A stretch of DNA of 40,280 nucleotides from an uncultured Bacilli bacterium (GTDB taxonomy: Bacteria; Bacillota_I; Bacilli_A; RF39; UBA660): NCBI GenBank assembly GCA_944358805.1, contig CALVSD010000002.1:1-40280 (forward strand), given 5' to 3'. The translations under genes were made by a program, and so were the position numbers. Below, piece after piece: positions 27,181-36,268 of the stretch; position 1 is the first letter of the stretch; the number at the start of each line of letters is the position of its first letter. The notes beneath the pieces were generated by a model, which saw nothing but the letters and a program-made list of their open reading frames with translations, searched no databases and was not told the DNA's origin.

Positions 27181-27903
27181 TTATACACCATTATCGCTAG
27201 AATTAAAACCATTAAAATAATATTCTGGAACTTTTCCTTGTATTAATTTAACAACTATTGGTACCGTATTCTCAACTTTTATTTGTTCAGATGTAAAAGG
27301 CATATTTATTCTACAAGTAACTTCGATATTTACTCCTATTTCCAATAAAGCATTATTAATACCATACTCAGTTAAATTACTTCTAATTCCACTTGTAACG
27401 TCCCCTATTAAAGATAATTTAACAGGTATTTTAGGACCAACATTAGATAAAAAAGCTATATTAGTAATAGCACCAAAAGGCACTTCATATATAATTCCTT
27501 GTTTTAATTTATCTGTATTATAATTATCTGGTAATTCTAATAAATCAACATTACCCTCTTCAATAGCTTTTAAATTTAATTGTACCAAATTAGTAATAGA
27601 ATTTAATATCTTTGTAACAACTACTGAATTATAACTAACAATATTAATTTCATTACTACTATTGGTCTCTATTTGATATAAATTATCAGGTTCCATATTT
27701 AAAGCAATTTGTTTAGTTACTGCTTTATTTATTACTAAAGTAGTTAATTTTCTAGATTCTGCTTCCGCATAAGAAAGAAGTATTGGTCTTACTCTTTTAT
27801 CAAATATATTTATAACAAAATAAACACATAGAATTATTAATATAAATAAAACAATTAACTTATTTATTTTATTCTTTCTCTTTCTTCTTTTTAACCTCAT
27901 CAT
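27181..27903 (-). CDS. yunB: sporulation protein YunB
   Basis: N-terminal basic region plus a transmembrane segment. GPKIPVKLSLIGDV...YGINNALLEIGVNIEV...VPIVVKLIQGKVPEYY closely parallels B. subtilis YunB as I recall it. Confidence 0.88.
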   Translation of the reverse strand: MMRLKRRKRKNKINKLIVLFILIILCVYFVINIFDKRVRPILLSYAEAESRKLTTLVINKAVTKQIALNMEPDNLYQIETNSSNEINIVSYNSVVVTKILNSITNLVQLNLKAIEEGNVDLLELPDNYNTDKLKQGIIYEVPFGAITNIAFLSNVGPKIPVKLSLIGDVTSGIRSNLTEYGINNALLEIGVNIEVTCRINMPFTSEQIKVENTVPIVVKLIQGKVPEYYFNGFNSSDNGV

Positions 27904-27922
27904 TATATCACATTACATATTA

Positions 27923-28036
27923 TTAAAAAAGTTGGAAAATCATTACTATAAAACAAATTATTAGAATGATTATTCCTAAAATAAATATTGATATACAAAA
28001 AGATAAAATATATCTATCAAACTCTTCTTTATCCAT
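27923..28036 (-). CDS. possible 37-aa hydrophobic peptide
   Basis: GAGGTGG RBS 4-5 nt before the ATG. Translation is MDKEEFDRYILSFCISIFILGIIILIICFIVMIFQLF. Divergent from the XRE regulator gene. Confidence 0.35.
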   Translation of the reverse strand: MDKEEFDRYILSFCISIFILGIIILIICFIVMIFQLF

Positions 28037-28128
28037 AATCCACCTCGTGTATCTATTATACATCATTATTACATTGTGTGGTAGTATTATTTTTACAAAT
28101 TATAAGATAATATAAATAGGTGATGTAA

Positions 28129-28377
28129 ATGAGAGTTGATAGAAAAAACGAAGAATACATATATAAAGTTGTAAGTAAAAATATAAAAAAATATAGAAAA
28201 GAAAAAGGTCTTACTCAAGAACAATTAGCAGACCTTATTCCTTATAGTTATTCTACTATTATATCTATTGAAGGAAATTATAGAAATAATTTTTCTTTAG
28301 CGGTTATTAATTCTATTGCTACAGCTCTAGGTATTAAAGTATATTTATTATTTATAGATGATGATGAAAAAAATTAG
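28129..28377 (+). CDS. XRE-family helix-turn-helix transcriptional regulator, 82 aa
   Basis: The KKYRKEKGLTQEQLADLIPYSYSTIISIEG HTH_3 pattern. AGGTGA RBS. Confidence 0.8.
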   Translation: MRVDRKNEEYIYKVVSKNIKKYRKEKGLTQEQLADLIPYSYSTIISIEGNYRNNFSLAVINSIATALGIKVYLLFIDDDEKN

Positions 28378-28400
28378 CAAATGCTAATTTTTATTTTTTA

Positions 28401-28811
28401 TTACATATAATGATTTTTAATTCCATATGGTATTATTTCATTTCTTAATGCATCAGATAATATACTTCTATCATCATCTTTGCTTATCCATTTAAAATCT
28501 TCTATTTCTTCTGATAAAAATAATTTTCCTTCTAATATTCCTTCATATATAAATAAGTGCATATGTATTTTTTTATCAGGAAATGCTGTATTTACTTCAA
28601 TAAAATCCATTACATATTTTATTTTATCTATATCAAATAATGCTTTATCTCCTAACTCTTCTCTACATTCTCTTATTATTGCTTGAATTGGACTCTCACC
28701 TTTTTCTATATAGCCTCCTACAATTTGATAAGTTGGTCTCAATCTTGGTTTATTAACAAGCAATTTTTTATCCTTAAAAAACATTATTCCTACAGTCTTT
28801 ACTATTTCCAT
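28401..28811 (-). CDS. NUDIX hydrolase
   Basis: Nudix box GGYIEKGESPIQAIIRECREELG. Its RBS lies in the last codons of asnB. Confidence 0.85.
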   Translation of the reverse strand: MEIVKTVGIMFFKDKKLLVNKPRLRPTYQIVGGYIEKGESPIQAIIRECREELGDKALFDIDKIKYVMDFIEVNTAFPDKKIHMHLFIYEGILEGKLFLSEEIEDFKWISKDDDRSILSDALRNEIIPYGIKNHYM

Positions 28812-28813
28812 GA

Positions 28814-30634
28814 TTACCTCGCAATAAAATATTCATCATACCATACTAGAAAAGAATATATTGTCCATATTTTACGACTATTATCTTTCTTTCCTTCTTT
28901 GTGTTCTTCTAAAAGTTTAGTAATTTCATCTACTTTAAAGAAATCAGAACTTCTAGAAAAACTATCTTTTATTTTATTATAAATATCTTCCTCTTTTATC
29001 CACTCACGAATTGGTACAGGAAAACCTAATTTCTTTTTATCCGCAAATTTACTTTCCAATACTTCATTAGCAACTTTTCTAAATGCAAATTTAGTTTGCC
29101 CATCTTTAATTTTATATTTTGTTGGTAATGTTCTAGCATAATCAATAAGTATTCTATCTAAATAAGGTACTCTTACTTCTAAAGAATTAGCCATACTCAT
29201 TTTATCTGCTTTTAAAAGAATATCCCCGATTAACCAAAAATTAAAATCTATATATTGCATTTTAGTCACATCATCATAATTTTTACATTTATCATAAAAT
29301 GGTTTAGTAAAATCTTTATATGTTTTTTTACCAGTTTTATAACTAAGTATTTTCTTTACTTCTACTGGTTCAAACATAAATGCATTACCAATATATCTAT
29401 CTTCTAATTTTCTACTCCTTCTATATAAGAAATTAAAACCTCTATGATGTCTAAAAGGATAAACACATATACCTATAAATCTTCTTATAAAATATGGTAT
29501 TTTATAATACCATGATACTGAATATGGTTCGTGATATATATTGTATCCTCCAAATATTTCATCAGATCCTTCACCTGATAAAGCTACTTTTACATGTTTA
29601 CTAGCAGTATTAGCAACAAAATACAATGCTACTGCTGAAGGATCTGCTAAAGGTTCATCAAAATAATATTCTATCATAGGAAATTTTTCAAAATATTCTT
29701 CTTTTGTAATCTCTTTACTTATATTAGTAACATTAATTTTTTTAGATAAATCTTTAGCATAATCTATTTCACTATATTTTTTATTAGAATATCCTACTGT
29801 AAAAGTTTTATCAACATTAGATAATGTAGCAATTAATGAAGAATCTACTCCGCTAGATAAGAAACTACCTACCTCAACATCACTTACTTTATGAGCTTCT
29901 ATACTGTCATCAATCACTTCTCTAATTCCTTTTTCCCATTCTTCTAATTTTTTTTTATTATCTGGTTCAAACTTAATTTCATAATATCTTTTTATATTTA
30001 ATTTACCATTTTTATATTTAAAATAATGACCTGGGGTTAATTTATATACATTTTTAAAAAATGTATCTGTTCCTACACTATATTGAAATGTTAAATATTG
30101 TTCTAACATATCTCTATTTAATTCTTTTTTAAATTTTGGATGTGCTAAAAAACTTTTTATTTCACTACCAAACATAAAACTATCTTTCATCTTTGCATAA
30201 TAAAGTGGCTTAATACCATAAAAGTCTCTTGCTCCAAATAATTCTTTTGTTTTTAAGTCATATATAACAAAAGCAAACATTCCTCTTAACATTAAAAGAA
30301 AATCTTCTTTATACTCTTCATATCCATGAAGTACTACTTCAGTATCTGTATTAGTACTAAACTTATGTCCCTTTTCTATTAAATCTTCTTTTAAATATTT
30401 ATAATTATATATTTCTCCATTAAAAAATATTAATTTATCTTTTTCTTCATTGTATATTGGCTGAGTACCACCTTCTAAATCAATAATAGAAAGTCTTCTA
30501 AAACCTAAAGCTATATCTTCATCTGTATAATATCCATCAGAATCAGGTCCTCTATGTTTTATTAGATCAGCCATCTTTTTAATCGTTTTATCTTTATCTT
30601 TTGTTTTATCATAAAATCCAACAAATCCACACAT
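28814..30634 (-). CDS. asnB: asparagine synthase (glutamine-hydrolysing)
   Basis: N-terminal nucleophile MCGF, the GATase-II domain, and the SGGVDSS-type PP-loop (LSSGVDSS). Confidence 0.93.
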   Translation of the reverse strand: MCGFVGFYDKTKDKDKTIKKMADLIKHRGPDSDGYYTDEDIALGFRRLSIIDLEGGTQPIYNEEKDKLIFFNGEIYNYKYLKEDLIEKGHKFSTNTDTEVVLHGYEEYKEDFLLMLRGMFAFVIYDLKTKELFGARDFYGIKPLYYAKMKDSFMFGSEIKSFLAHPKFKKELNRDMLEQYLTFQYSVGTDTFFKNVYKLTPGHYFKYKNGKLNIKRYYEIKFEPDNKKKLEEWEKGIREVIDDSIEAHKVSDVEVGSFLSSGVDSSLIATLSNVDKTFTVGYSNKKYSEIDYAKDLSKKINVTNISKEITKEEYFEKFPMIEYYFDEPLADPSAVALYFVANTASKHVKVALSGEGSDEIFGGYNIYHEPYSVSWYYKIPYFIRRFIGICVYPFRHHRGFNFLYRRSRKLEDRYIGNAFMFEPVEVKKILSYKTGKKTYKDFTKPFYDKCKNYDDVTKMQYIDFNFWLIGDILLKADKMSMANSLEVRVPYLDRILIDYARTLPTKYKIKDGQTKFAFRKVANEVLESKFADKKKLGFPVPIREWIKEEDIYNKIKDSFSRSSDFFKVDEITKLLEEHKEGKKDNSRKIWTIYSFLVWYDEYFIAR

Positions 30635-30683
30635 ATTTTACCTCCACATATTTAGTATAACACGAATAACATATATTTAATAT

Positions 30684-30711
30684 AAAAAGAACATAATATA
30701 TGTTCTTTTTT
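30684..30711. terminator. bidirectional-type terminator after the 30731..32125 gene
   Basis: Stem AGAACATA / TATGTTCT with a 3-nt loop, flanked by A4 and T5. Confidence 0.7.
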
Positions 30712-30730
30712 ACATTCTCAATACTTTATT

Positions 30731-32125
30731 CTAGTACATACTACCATAATAACCAGTATCTAATTGATTATTGCTATCTAAAGTTAATAATAAATTAAAT
30801 AAAACACTCTCACTTAATTTTTGTTGTAAATTTGTTTGTAATTCTAACGTTTGTTCTTCGCTTAAAGAATTAACATCAATAGCATTACTATAATCAAATT
30901 CATCTAATTTATCTACTACTTTAGTATTTAAAGTATATTTTAAAATACCCATAGATTTTCCAGCAGACATTATTCCTAATTCAAGATTTAATTTATTCTC
31001 TTTATCACTTACTTTTTCATATTTATATTTAATTGTGAAAACATCTCCAACTGCAGTATCATCTAAAACTATTGTATATTCACCATTATTTTCAGTAACT
31101 TTAATAGTTCCACGTTCTATATCATTATTAACTACATTTAGATTAATTGTATTATTTTCTTTGCTTCCCTCAATAACCATTTGAATATCTATACCATTAT
31201 TTAATTCACATAAATAAGAATTATTTACATTAATATATTTAATTACAGCCTCAGTATATTTAGTAACTTCATTAATAGAAAATCCAACTATGTCAAATTT
31301 ACCACTTACATATAAAGAAATATATAATTTTTCTTGTAAATCAGAGTCAACCTCTTCTTTAAAAGATTCTACTAAATTAACTTCTTCCATATTATATGTT
31401 TCTTTTAAAATTGTTGTAATTTCAGAATTTTTTTCCATTTCTGTTAATATACTAACAATAAAATTATATAATTTTTCATTTTCTAATTGATAACAATATT
31501 CAGTTAGTTTATGTTCTTTTTCATCAATAGTTATTGATATATCTTTTTTTACAATATCGTTTTTATTTAAATTTTTCTTTATAATTTCTTTAGTTAAATA
31601 CATAAGTCTATCTGTATCTTTTATAGTCTTTTGACTATCTATCATACTATCAAACAATTCATTGATAGAATTATTAGTTTCTTCATCTAAACTTACTTTT
31701 AATACTTTAGAAAAAATATCTTTTAAATCAATATAACTATATTTATCATTATTATATAGTAAATCTGCATTAATAAATTCTTTATTATCTTCTAAATAAG
31801 ATATACTATTTAGCATTTTTTTATTTTTATTATCAATCACCATATTATACTTTACTGATATAGTATCTAAATTTAAACCTGTTAACGTTTTTACATCTTC
31901 AGATGTGGTATAAGTAAGATTGTTTTCCATACTTACTATTTGATTTTCATAATTAATAGTATTACCATTAGATAATACACTATTACTTATAGAATATAAC
32001 TTATCTAATCCTTTTTCAAATATCATTGTTGAAAAATTCATATTTAAATAAATACCAAAACCTATAAGCCCTGCCAGTAATATAATAAATATTACTAATA
32101 AACCAATTAAAACCTTCTTTTTCAA
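30731..32125 (-). CDS. N-terminally anchored hypothetical protein, 464 aa
   Basis: TTG start, one transmembrane segment (VLIGLLVIFIILLAGLIGFGIYL), and a long Asn/Lys/Glu-rich extracytoplasmic region. No sorting signal. Confidence 0.65.
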   Translation of the reverse strand: MKKKVLIGLLVIFIILLAGLIGFGIYLNMNFSTMIFEKGLDKLYSISNSVLSNGNTINYENQIVSMENNLTYTTSEDVKTLTGLNLDTISVKYNMVIDNKNKKMLNSISYLEDNKEFINADLLYNNDKYSYIDLKDIFSKVLKVSLDEETNNSINELFDSMIDSQKTIKDTDRLMYLTKEIIKKNLNKNDIVKKDISITIDEKEHKLTEYCYQLENEKLYNFIVSILTEMEKNSEITTILKETYNMEEVNLVESFKEEVDSDLQEKLYISLYVSGKFDIVGFSINEVTKYTEAVIKYINVNNSYLCELNNGIDIQMVIEGSKENNTINLNVVNNDIERGTIKVTENNGEYTIVLDDTAVGDVFTIKYKYEKVSDKENKLNLELGIMSAGKSMGILKYTLNTKVVDKLDEFDYSNAIDVNSLSEEQTLELQTNLQQKLSESVLFNLLLTLDSNNQLDTGYYGSMY

Positions 32126-32192
32126 ATTACTTCACACTCCTATTATAATAATATAACACATAAAGTATAAAATGCAAGTATTTAATAGCACT

Positions 32193-33041
32193 CTATTTAT
32201 TTTCTTTTTTTATTAATTTAGCATGAACAACTGTTTTTTGAGTATCTGAATAACAAGTAGACAAAGTTAAAATTCTATCATCAATTGAAAGTTCGGTGTT
32301 AAAATCATATATACTTCTAGAACTTATTGTATTCAAAAACTCACTATACTCATTATCATTGATAAAATTAGTAGTTATATAATATGTTTCCGTGTCAATA
32401 ACATATACACTAAAAATTTGCCAAAGTGTATTTTCTGTTTCTGTTGAAATTCTAATAATGTGATTATTTTTATCTTTATACCAACTTTCTTTTAAAACTT
32501 TGCTTAAACTTCCAAACATTGTTTTATCAAGTCTGCTATGTGCATAAATAATAGTATTTCTATCAGTAAAGTTTTTTTTATTTCTATAATCTAAATATAC
32601 CCATCCTGCTTCATTATAAGTTTTATCAAAAGAATGATTTAAATAGAATTCATTATTATCAGTCTGAACAAAAGGATAATTGATATTAGTATTATTAACA
32701 TTAATCCATCCAACTGTTTCCTCATTTTTTAATTTTAATTCTGAAAAATTAACATCTATTAATGGAAATTTAATATAATACCAATAGTCACTTAAAGGAT
32801 CTTCTGGCTCATTTATATTTTCTGTTTTATCGTTATCCTCAATCTCTACTATATTTGTATCTTTATTAAGATCATCTAATATATTCTTTGTCTTACTAGA
32901 ATCAACTTTCCAAAAAAACAAATTAATAACACAAAGGAGAAATAACAACAAAAATATAATTAATAAAACAATCCAAACCCATAATTTAAGAGTTCTTTTT
33001 TTTCTAACTACTTGTCTAGTAATATATCTTTTTTGTTCCAT
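32193..33041 (-). CDS. srtB: class B sortase
   Basis: Transmembrane anchor, INYPFVQTDNNEFYLNH, IIYAHS, the catalytic TLSTC, and VVHAKL. ATG 33041 follows AGGTGA. Confidence 0.88.
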   Translation of the reverse strand: MEQKRYITRQVVRKKRTLKLWVWIVLLIIFLLLFLLCVINLFFWKVDSSKTKNILDDLNKDTNIVEIEDNDKTENINEPEDPLSDYWYYIKFPLIDVNFSELKLKNEETVGWINVNNTNINYPFVQTDNNEFYLNHSFDKTYNEAGWVYLDYRNKKNFTDRNTIIYAHSRLDKTMFGSLSKVLKESWYKDKNNHIIRISTETENTLWQIFSVYVIDTETYYITTNFINDNEYSEFLNTISSRSIYDFNTELSIDDRILTLSTCYSDTQKTVVHAKLIKKENK

Positions 33042-33074
33042 GCCTATCACCTTTTATTCTTAATAATTATAACT

Positions 33075-33779
33075 TTAAACTTTTTCAATAAATTCTTTAA
33101 CTACTAAATAAACTTCATCATTTATATCTTCAACACTTCTAATTTGATTATTGCCAACACAATTAATTACATCATAATGATACAACTTAGAAAGTTCTAA
33201 ATAAGTTTTTTCTGAGTTTTTTAAATACTCTGTATTGTTTTCTACATCATCTGGCAATTCTTGTCTATTTTTTTTAAGTTCATATGCATATTCATATGGT
33301 AAATATAATAATATTGTTTTATCAGGTCTAGGCAATTCATTAATTACATATTCTTTTAATTCCATTTTAGCATACATTTTTATTCTTTCTTTTTTATTTT
33401 TTATTAACCCACCCCGATGAGCCATATTAGAAGTCACGTATCTATCAATTATTACTATATATCCATCATTTAAATATTTTAGTATTTTAGGCAAATTATA
33501 TCTCCTATCAGCAGCATATAAATCACAAGCTGCAAGAGCATCTATATTGCCTCCTCCTTCCGGAAAGAAACTGTGTTCGTCTTTTAATAATTCTTTACAC
33601 ATTTGTGGTTTCCCAAGGAGACATGCTCCTATTATTTTTCCTGTTGGAGTGTCATACATTGGAAAAGATAATCTTTTTACTTTTAATCCGTCATTAATTA
33701 ATTTATCCACTAAAAGTCTTGTTTGTGTTTCTTTACCTGAGCAATCTGTTCCCTCAATCACAATTATTTTACCTATCAT
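33075..33779 (-). CDS. tmk: thymidylate (dTMP) kinase family protein
   Basis: P-loop IEGTDCSGKETQ and the DRY motif. At 234 aa it is longer than the usual ~210 aa. Confidence 0.85.
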   Translation of the reverse strand: MIGKIIVIEGTDCSGKETQTRLLVDKLINDGLKVKRLSFPMYDTPTGKIIGACLLGKPQMCKELLKDEHSFFPEGGGNIDALAACDLYAADRRYNLPKILKYLNDGYIVIIDRYVTSNMAHRGGLIKNKKERIKMYAKMELKEYVINELPRPDKTILLYLPYEYAYELKKNRQELPDDVENNTEYLKNSEKTYLELSKLYHYDVINCVGNNQIRSVEDINDEVYLVVKEFIEKV

Positions 33780-33780
33780 A

Positions 33781-34254
33781 CTACTTCTTCCTTCTATATC
33801 TTACATGTTTATATTTTATACCATTATCACTATTTTCTTTTAATTCTTCTCTATTCCAATTATCACTATTAAAATTTGGAAAATACACATCTGCTTCACG
33901 ATCAGTTGCATCTATTTCAGTCAAATACATAATATCTGCTTTATCTACAAAAACTTGATATATTGAAGCTCCTCCTATTATATATAAATCCTTATTTTTA
34001 AAATCGTTTAATAATTTGTCTAAATTATTATATACAATAATATCATTGTCATTTATTGCTTTACTAGTTAATACAACCATTATTCTACCAGGCAACTTTT
34101 TAGGAAGAGATTTATAAGTATTAAATCCCATTACTACAATTTTACCCATTGTTACTTCTTTAAAAAATTTTAAATCGTTAGGTAAATGCCATATTAAATC
34201 ATTGTTTTTCCCTAATTCATTATTTTTTCCGATCGCTGCAACTATTGCTATCAT
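33781..34254 (-). CDS. folA: dihydrofolate reductase
   Basis: IVAAIGKNNELGKNNDLIWHLPNDLKFFK and VVMGFNTYKSLP motifs. Confidence 0.92.
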   Translation of the reverse strand: MIAIVAAIGKNNELGKNNDLIWHLPNDLKFFKEVTMGKIVVMGFNTYKSLPKKLPGRIMVVLTSKAINDNDIIVYNNLDKLLNDFKNKDLYIIGGASIYQVFVDKADIMYLTEIDATDREADVYFPNFNSDNWNREELKENSDNGIKYKHVRYRRKK

Positions 34255-34263
34255 TACTACCTC

Positions 34264-35475
34264 CTACTGTGCTATTGGCATTTTGATAAATGGAGCCGAC
34301 CTATACCTTAATACTTTTATATCTTTATTACCAGTTACATTTTCTTTTAAATATTCTTTACTAGTGCAAAAAGTATTATCAAAAGCAAAAAAATCGTCTT
34401 TGTTCGCTAACTCTAATGTTGCCTTTTCTTTAATTAACATAAGTTCTAATAACATTATATTATCTTTTATTTCATTTAATAATTGAATAGCTCTCTCCGA
34501 TTTATGTCGTTCTAACATTTTGGCATTTTTATTTAACTCTAAATACATTTTTTCTATTTGTTCACAACTATTATTTTTTATAAAGTTTTCCCATTTTAGC
34601 ATATTTTCATATCTTTTTATTTGTTTTTTTATTCCTTCAATTTGATTTATATAAATATGAGCATCCATAATACTCCAATTAAGGTTTCCTACTTCTAATC
34701 CTGATACTTTTGCAAACATTGCCTGAAGAATTGCATATTGACTTATGTTAAAAGGTAATCCTAAAGGAACATCAGCACTCCTTTGATGAACAAAAGTATG
34801 TAATTTACCATTTGAAACTTTCCATTCACTACTCCATACACAAGAAGGTAAAACAGCGGTTCTTAGATATTCATCTTGCCACATACTAATAACCATTCTT
34901 CTATCATGCGGATTATTTTTCAATTGTTGCAAAACATATTGTGGCCTTTTAAATTTGTTATTAATCCATCCATATGCAGTTCCTATTGTGCCTGCATATT
35001 TTTTACCAAAAAATTTAGCACTTTTTATTGTTTTACCTTCTATTAATGATTTAGCAAGTATTCCTATTGGTTTACCATTTAAATCCATTACTTCTACTTC
35101 TTTTTCTGGATCATAATCACCTTTAGTTTCATAAGTTCTATAGATTCCATCATCATCTATTCTCCACTCATCCCATATTTTATTTCCACGTTCATGTAAC
35201 CAACTTACTCTATTAGATTGAGCTTGATATATCCATAACATTTCTGATAAAGCATTATGAATTGCTACTTTTTTTGATTCTAATATTGGAAACTCTTTCC
35301 CAACATTAAGTTTAAAAGAAACCCCTTCAATACTTAAAGTATCAATACCCGTTCTATTTTCAAATAATTCTCCTTATTTAAGTATTTCCTTCAAAAGATT
35401 ACAGTATATTTTATCCCATTCTCTCACTATAACATTTTCCCTATTTATTCTGTATTCTTGCCCATTTATTAACAT
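34264..35475 (-). pseudogene. thyA: thymidylate synthase ThyA with an in-frame TAA at codon 34 (35374-35376), about 403 codons in total
   Basis: ATG 35475 follows GGGAGG. The same frame continues through TAA into ...ENRTGIDTLSI...KKVAIHNALSEMLWIYQ. Catalytic LPSCVW, RSADVPLGLPFN and DAHIY are intact. Confidence 0.8.
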
Positions 35476-35605
35476 AATTTACCTCCCTATCATTATAATA
35501 AGTATACATTGTTTAAAATTTTTATTCAATTATTTTGACATATTTTTTACTAAAATAATTGTTTATTTAAGTCAGTTATGATATACTTTACAGGTAGGTG
35601 AATTT

Positions 35606-36268
35606 ATGGAGTTTTTTTTACATTGTTTTTTAGTTTTTATAATTTATTCTATTTTAGGATGGATAGTAGAGGTTATATTTAACTTTATAATAGAAAAAAA
35701 ATTAATTAATAGAGGATTTCTAATTGGACCTGTATGTCCTATATATGGATTTGGGGCTATTATAATGATGTTGTATTTAACACAATATAAGGAAAACATT
35801 TTAACAGTCTTCATAATGGGCACTGTTTTATGTACAATACTAGAATATATAACTAGTTATATAATGGAAAAAATATTCAAAGCAAGATGGTGGGATTACA
35901 CTGAATTAAAGTTTAATATTAATGGAAGAGTTTGTCTTTACTTTTCTTGTTTATTTGGACTAGGAGGAGTTGTAACAGTATGCTTTATTAATCCTATTAT
36001 AATTAATTTAATTAATTTAATTCCTCATACTGTTATGTTAATTGTTAGTAGTATTTTATTTGTATTATTCTTATTAGATATAATTACTTCCTTTAACATT
36101 ATTAATAAAGTTAAATTAACTGCACAAAATGTTGCAAAAGATTATACAGAAGAAATTAATAAAAAAGTAAGCGAAGTGCTTAAAAATAAAATCTTTCAAA
36201 GCAGAATTCTAAAAGCTTTCCCTAAATTTAATTTTAATTTTTTTAATCGTCAAAAAAACAAGAAATAA
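35606..36268 (+). CDS. polytopic membrane protein, PF06541-like (paralog of 1323..1817)
   Basis: YSILGWIVEVIFNF...GFLIGPVCPIYGFGAIIM. AGGTGA RBS. Confidence 0.75.
   Translation: MEFFLHCFLVFIIYSILGWIVEVIFNFIIEKKLINRGFLIGPVCPIYGFGAIIMMLYLTQYKENILTVFIMGTVLCTILEYITSYIMEKIFKARWWDYTELKFNINGRVCLYFSCLFGLGGVVTVCFINPIIINLINLIPHTVMLIVSSILFVLFLLDIITSFNIINKVKLTAQNVAKDYTEEINKKVSEVLKNKIFQSRILKAFPKFNFNFFNRQKNKK

Noticed and set aside
26929-27183. Possible read-through extension of YunB, since the downstream ORF begins in the same frame directly after the yunB TAA
   Set aside because: The downstream ORF has its own GGTGA plus ATG ATG start and encodes an unrelated two-transmembrane protein. Same-frame adjacency also occurs by chance at nusA/ylxR/infB in this compact genome.
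30684-30711. GAACATA...TATGTTC cores in the terminators at 30684, 25497 and 7046 as possible LexA (Cheo) boxes or a dispersed repeat family
   Set aside because: The spacing between the GAAC and GTTC halves is 7-15 nt rather than 4. Each is placed directly after a stop codon with flanking A or T runs, so they are ordinary terminators with convergent sequence.
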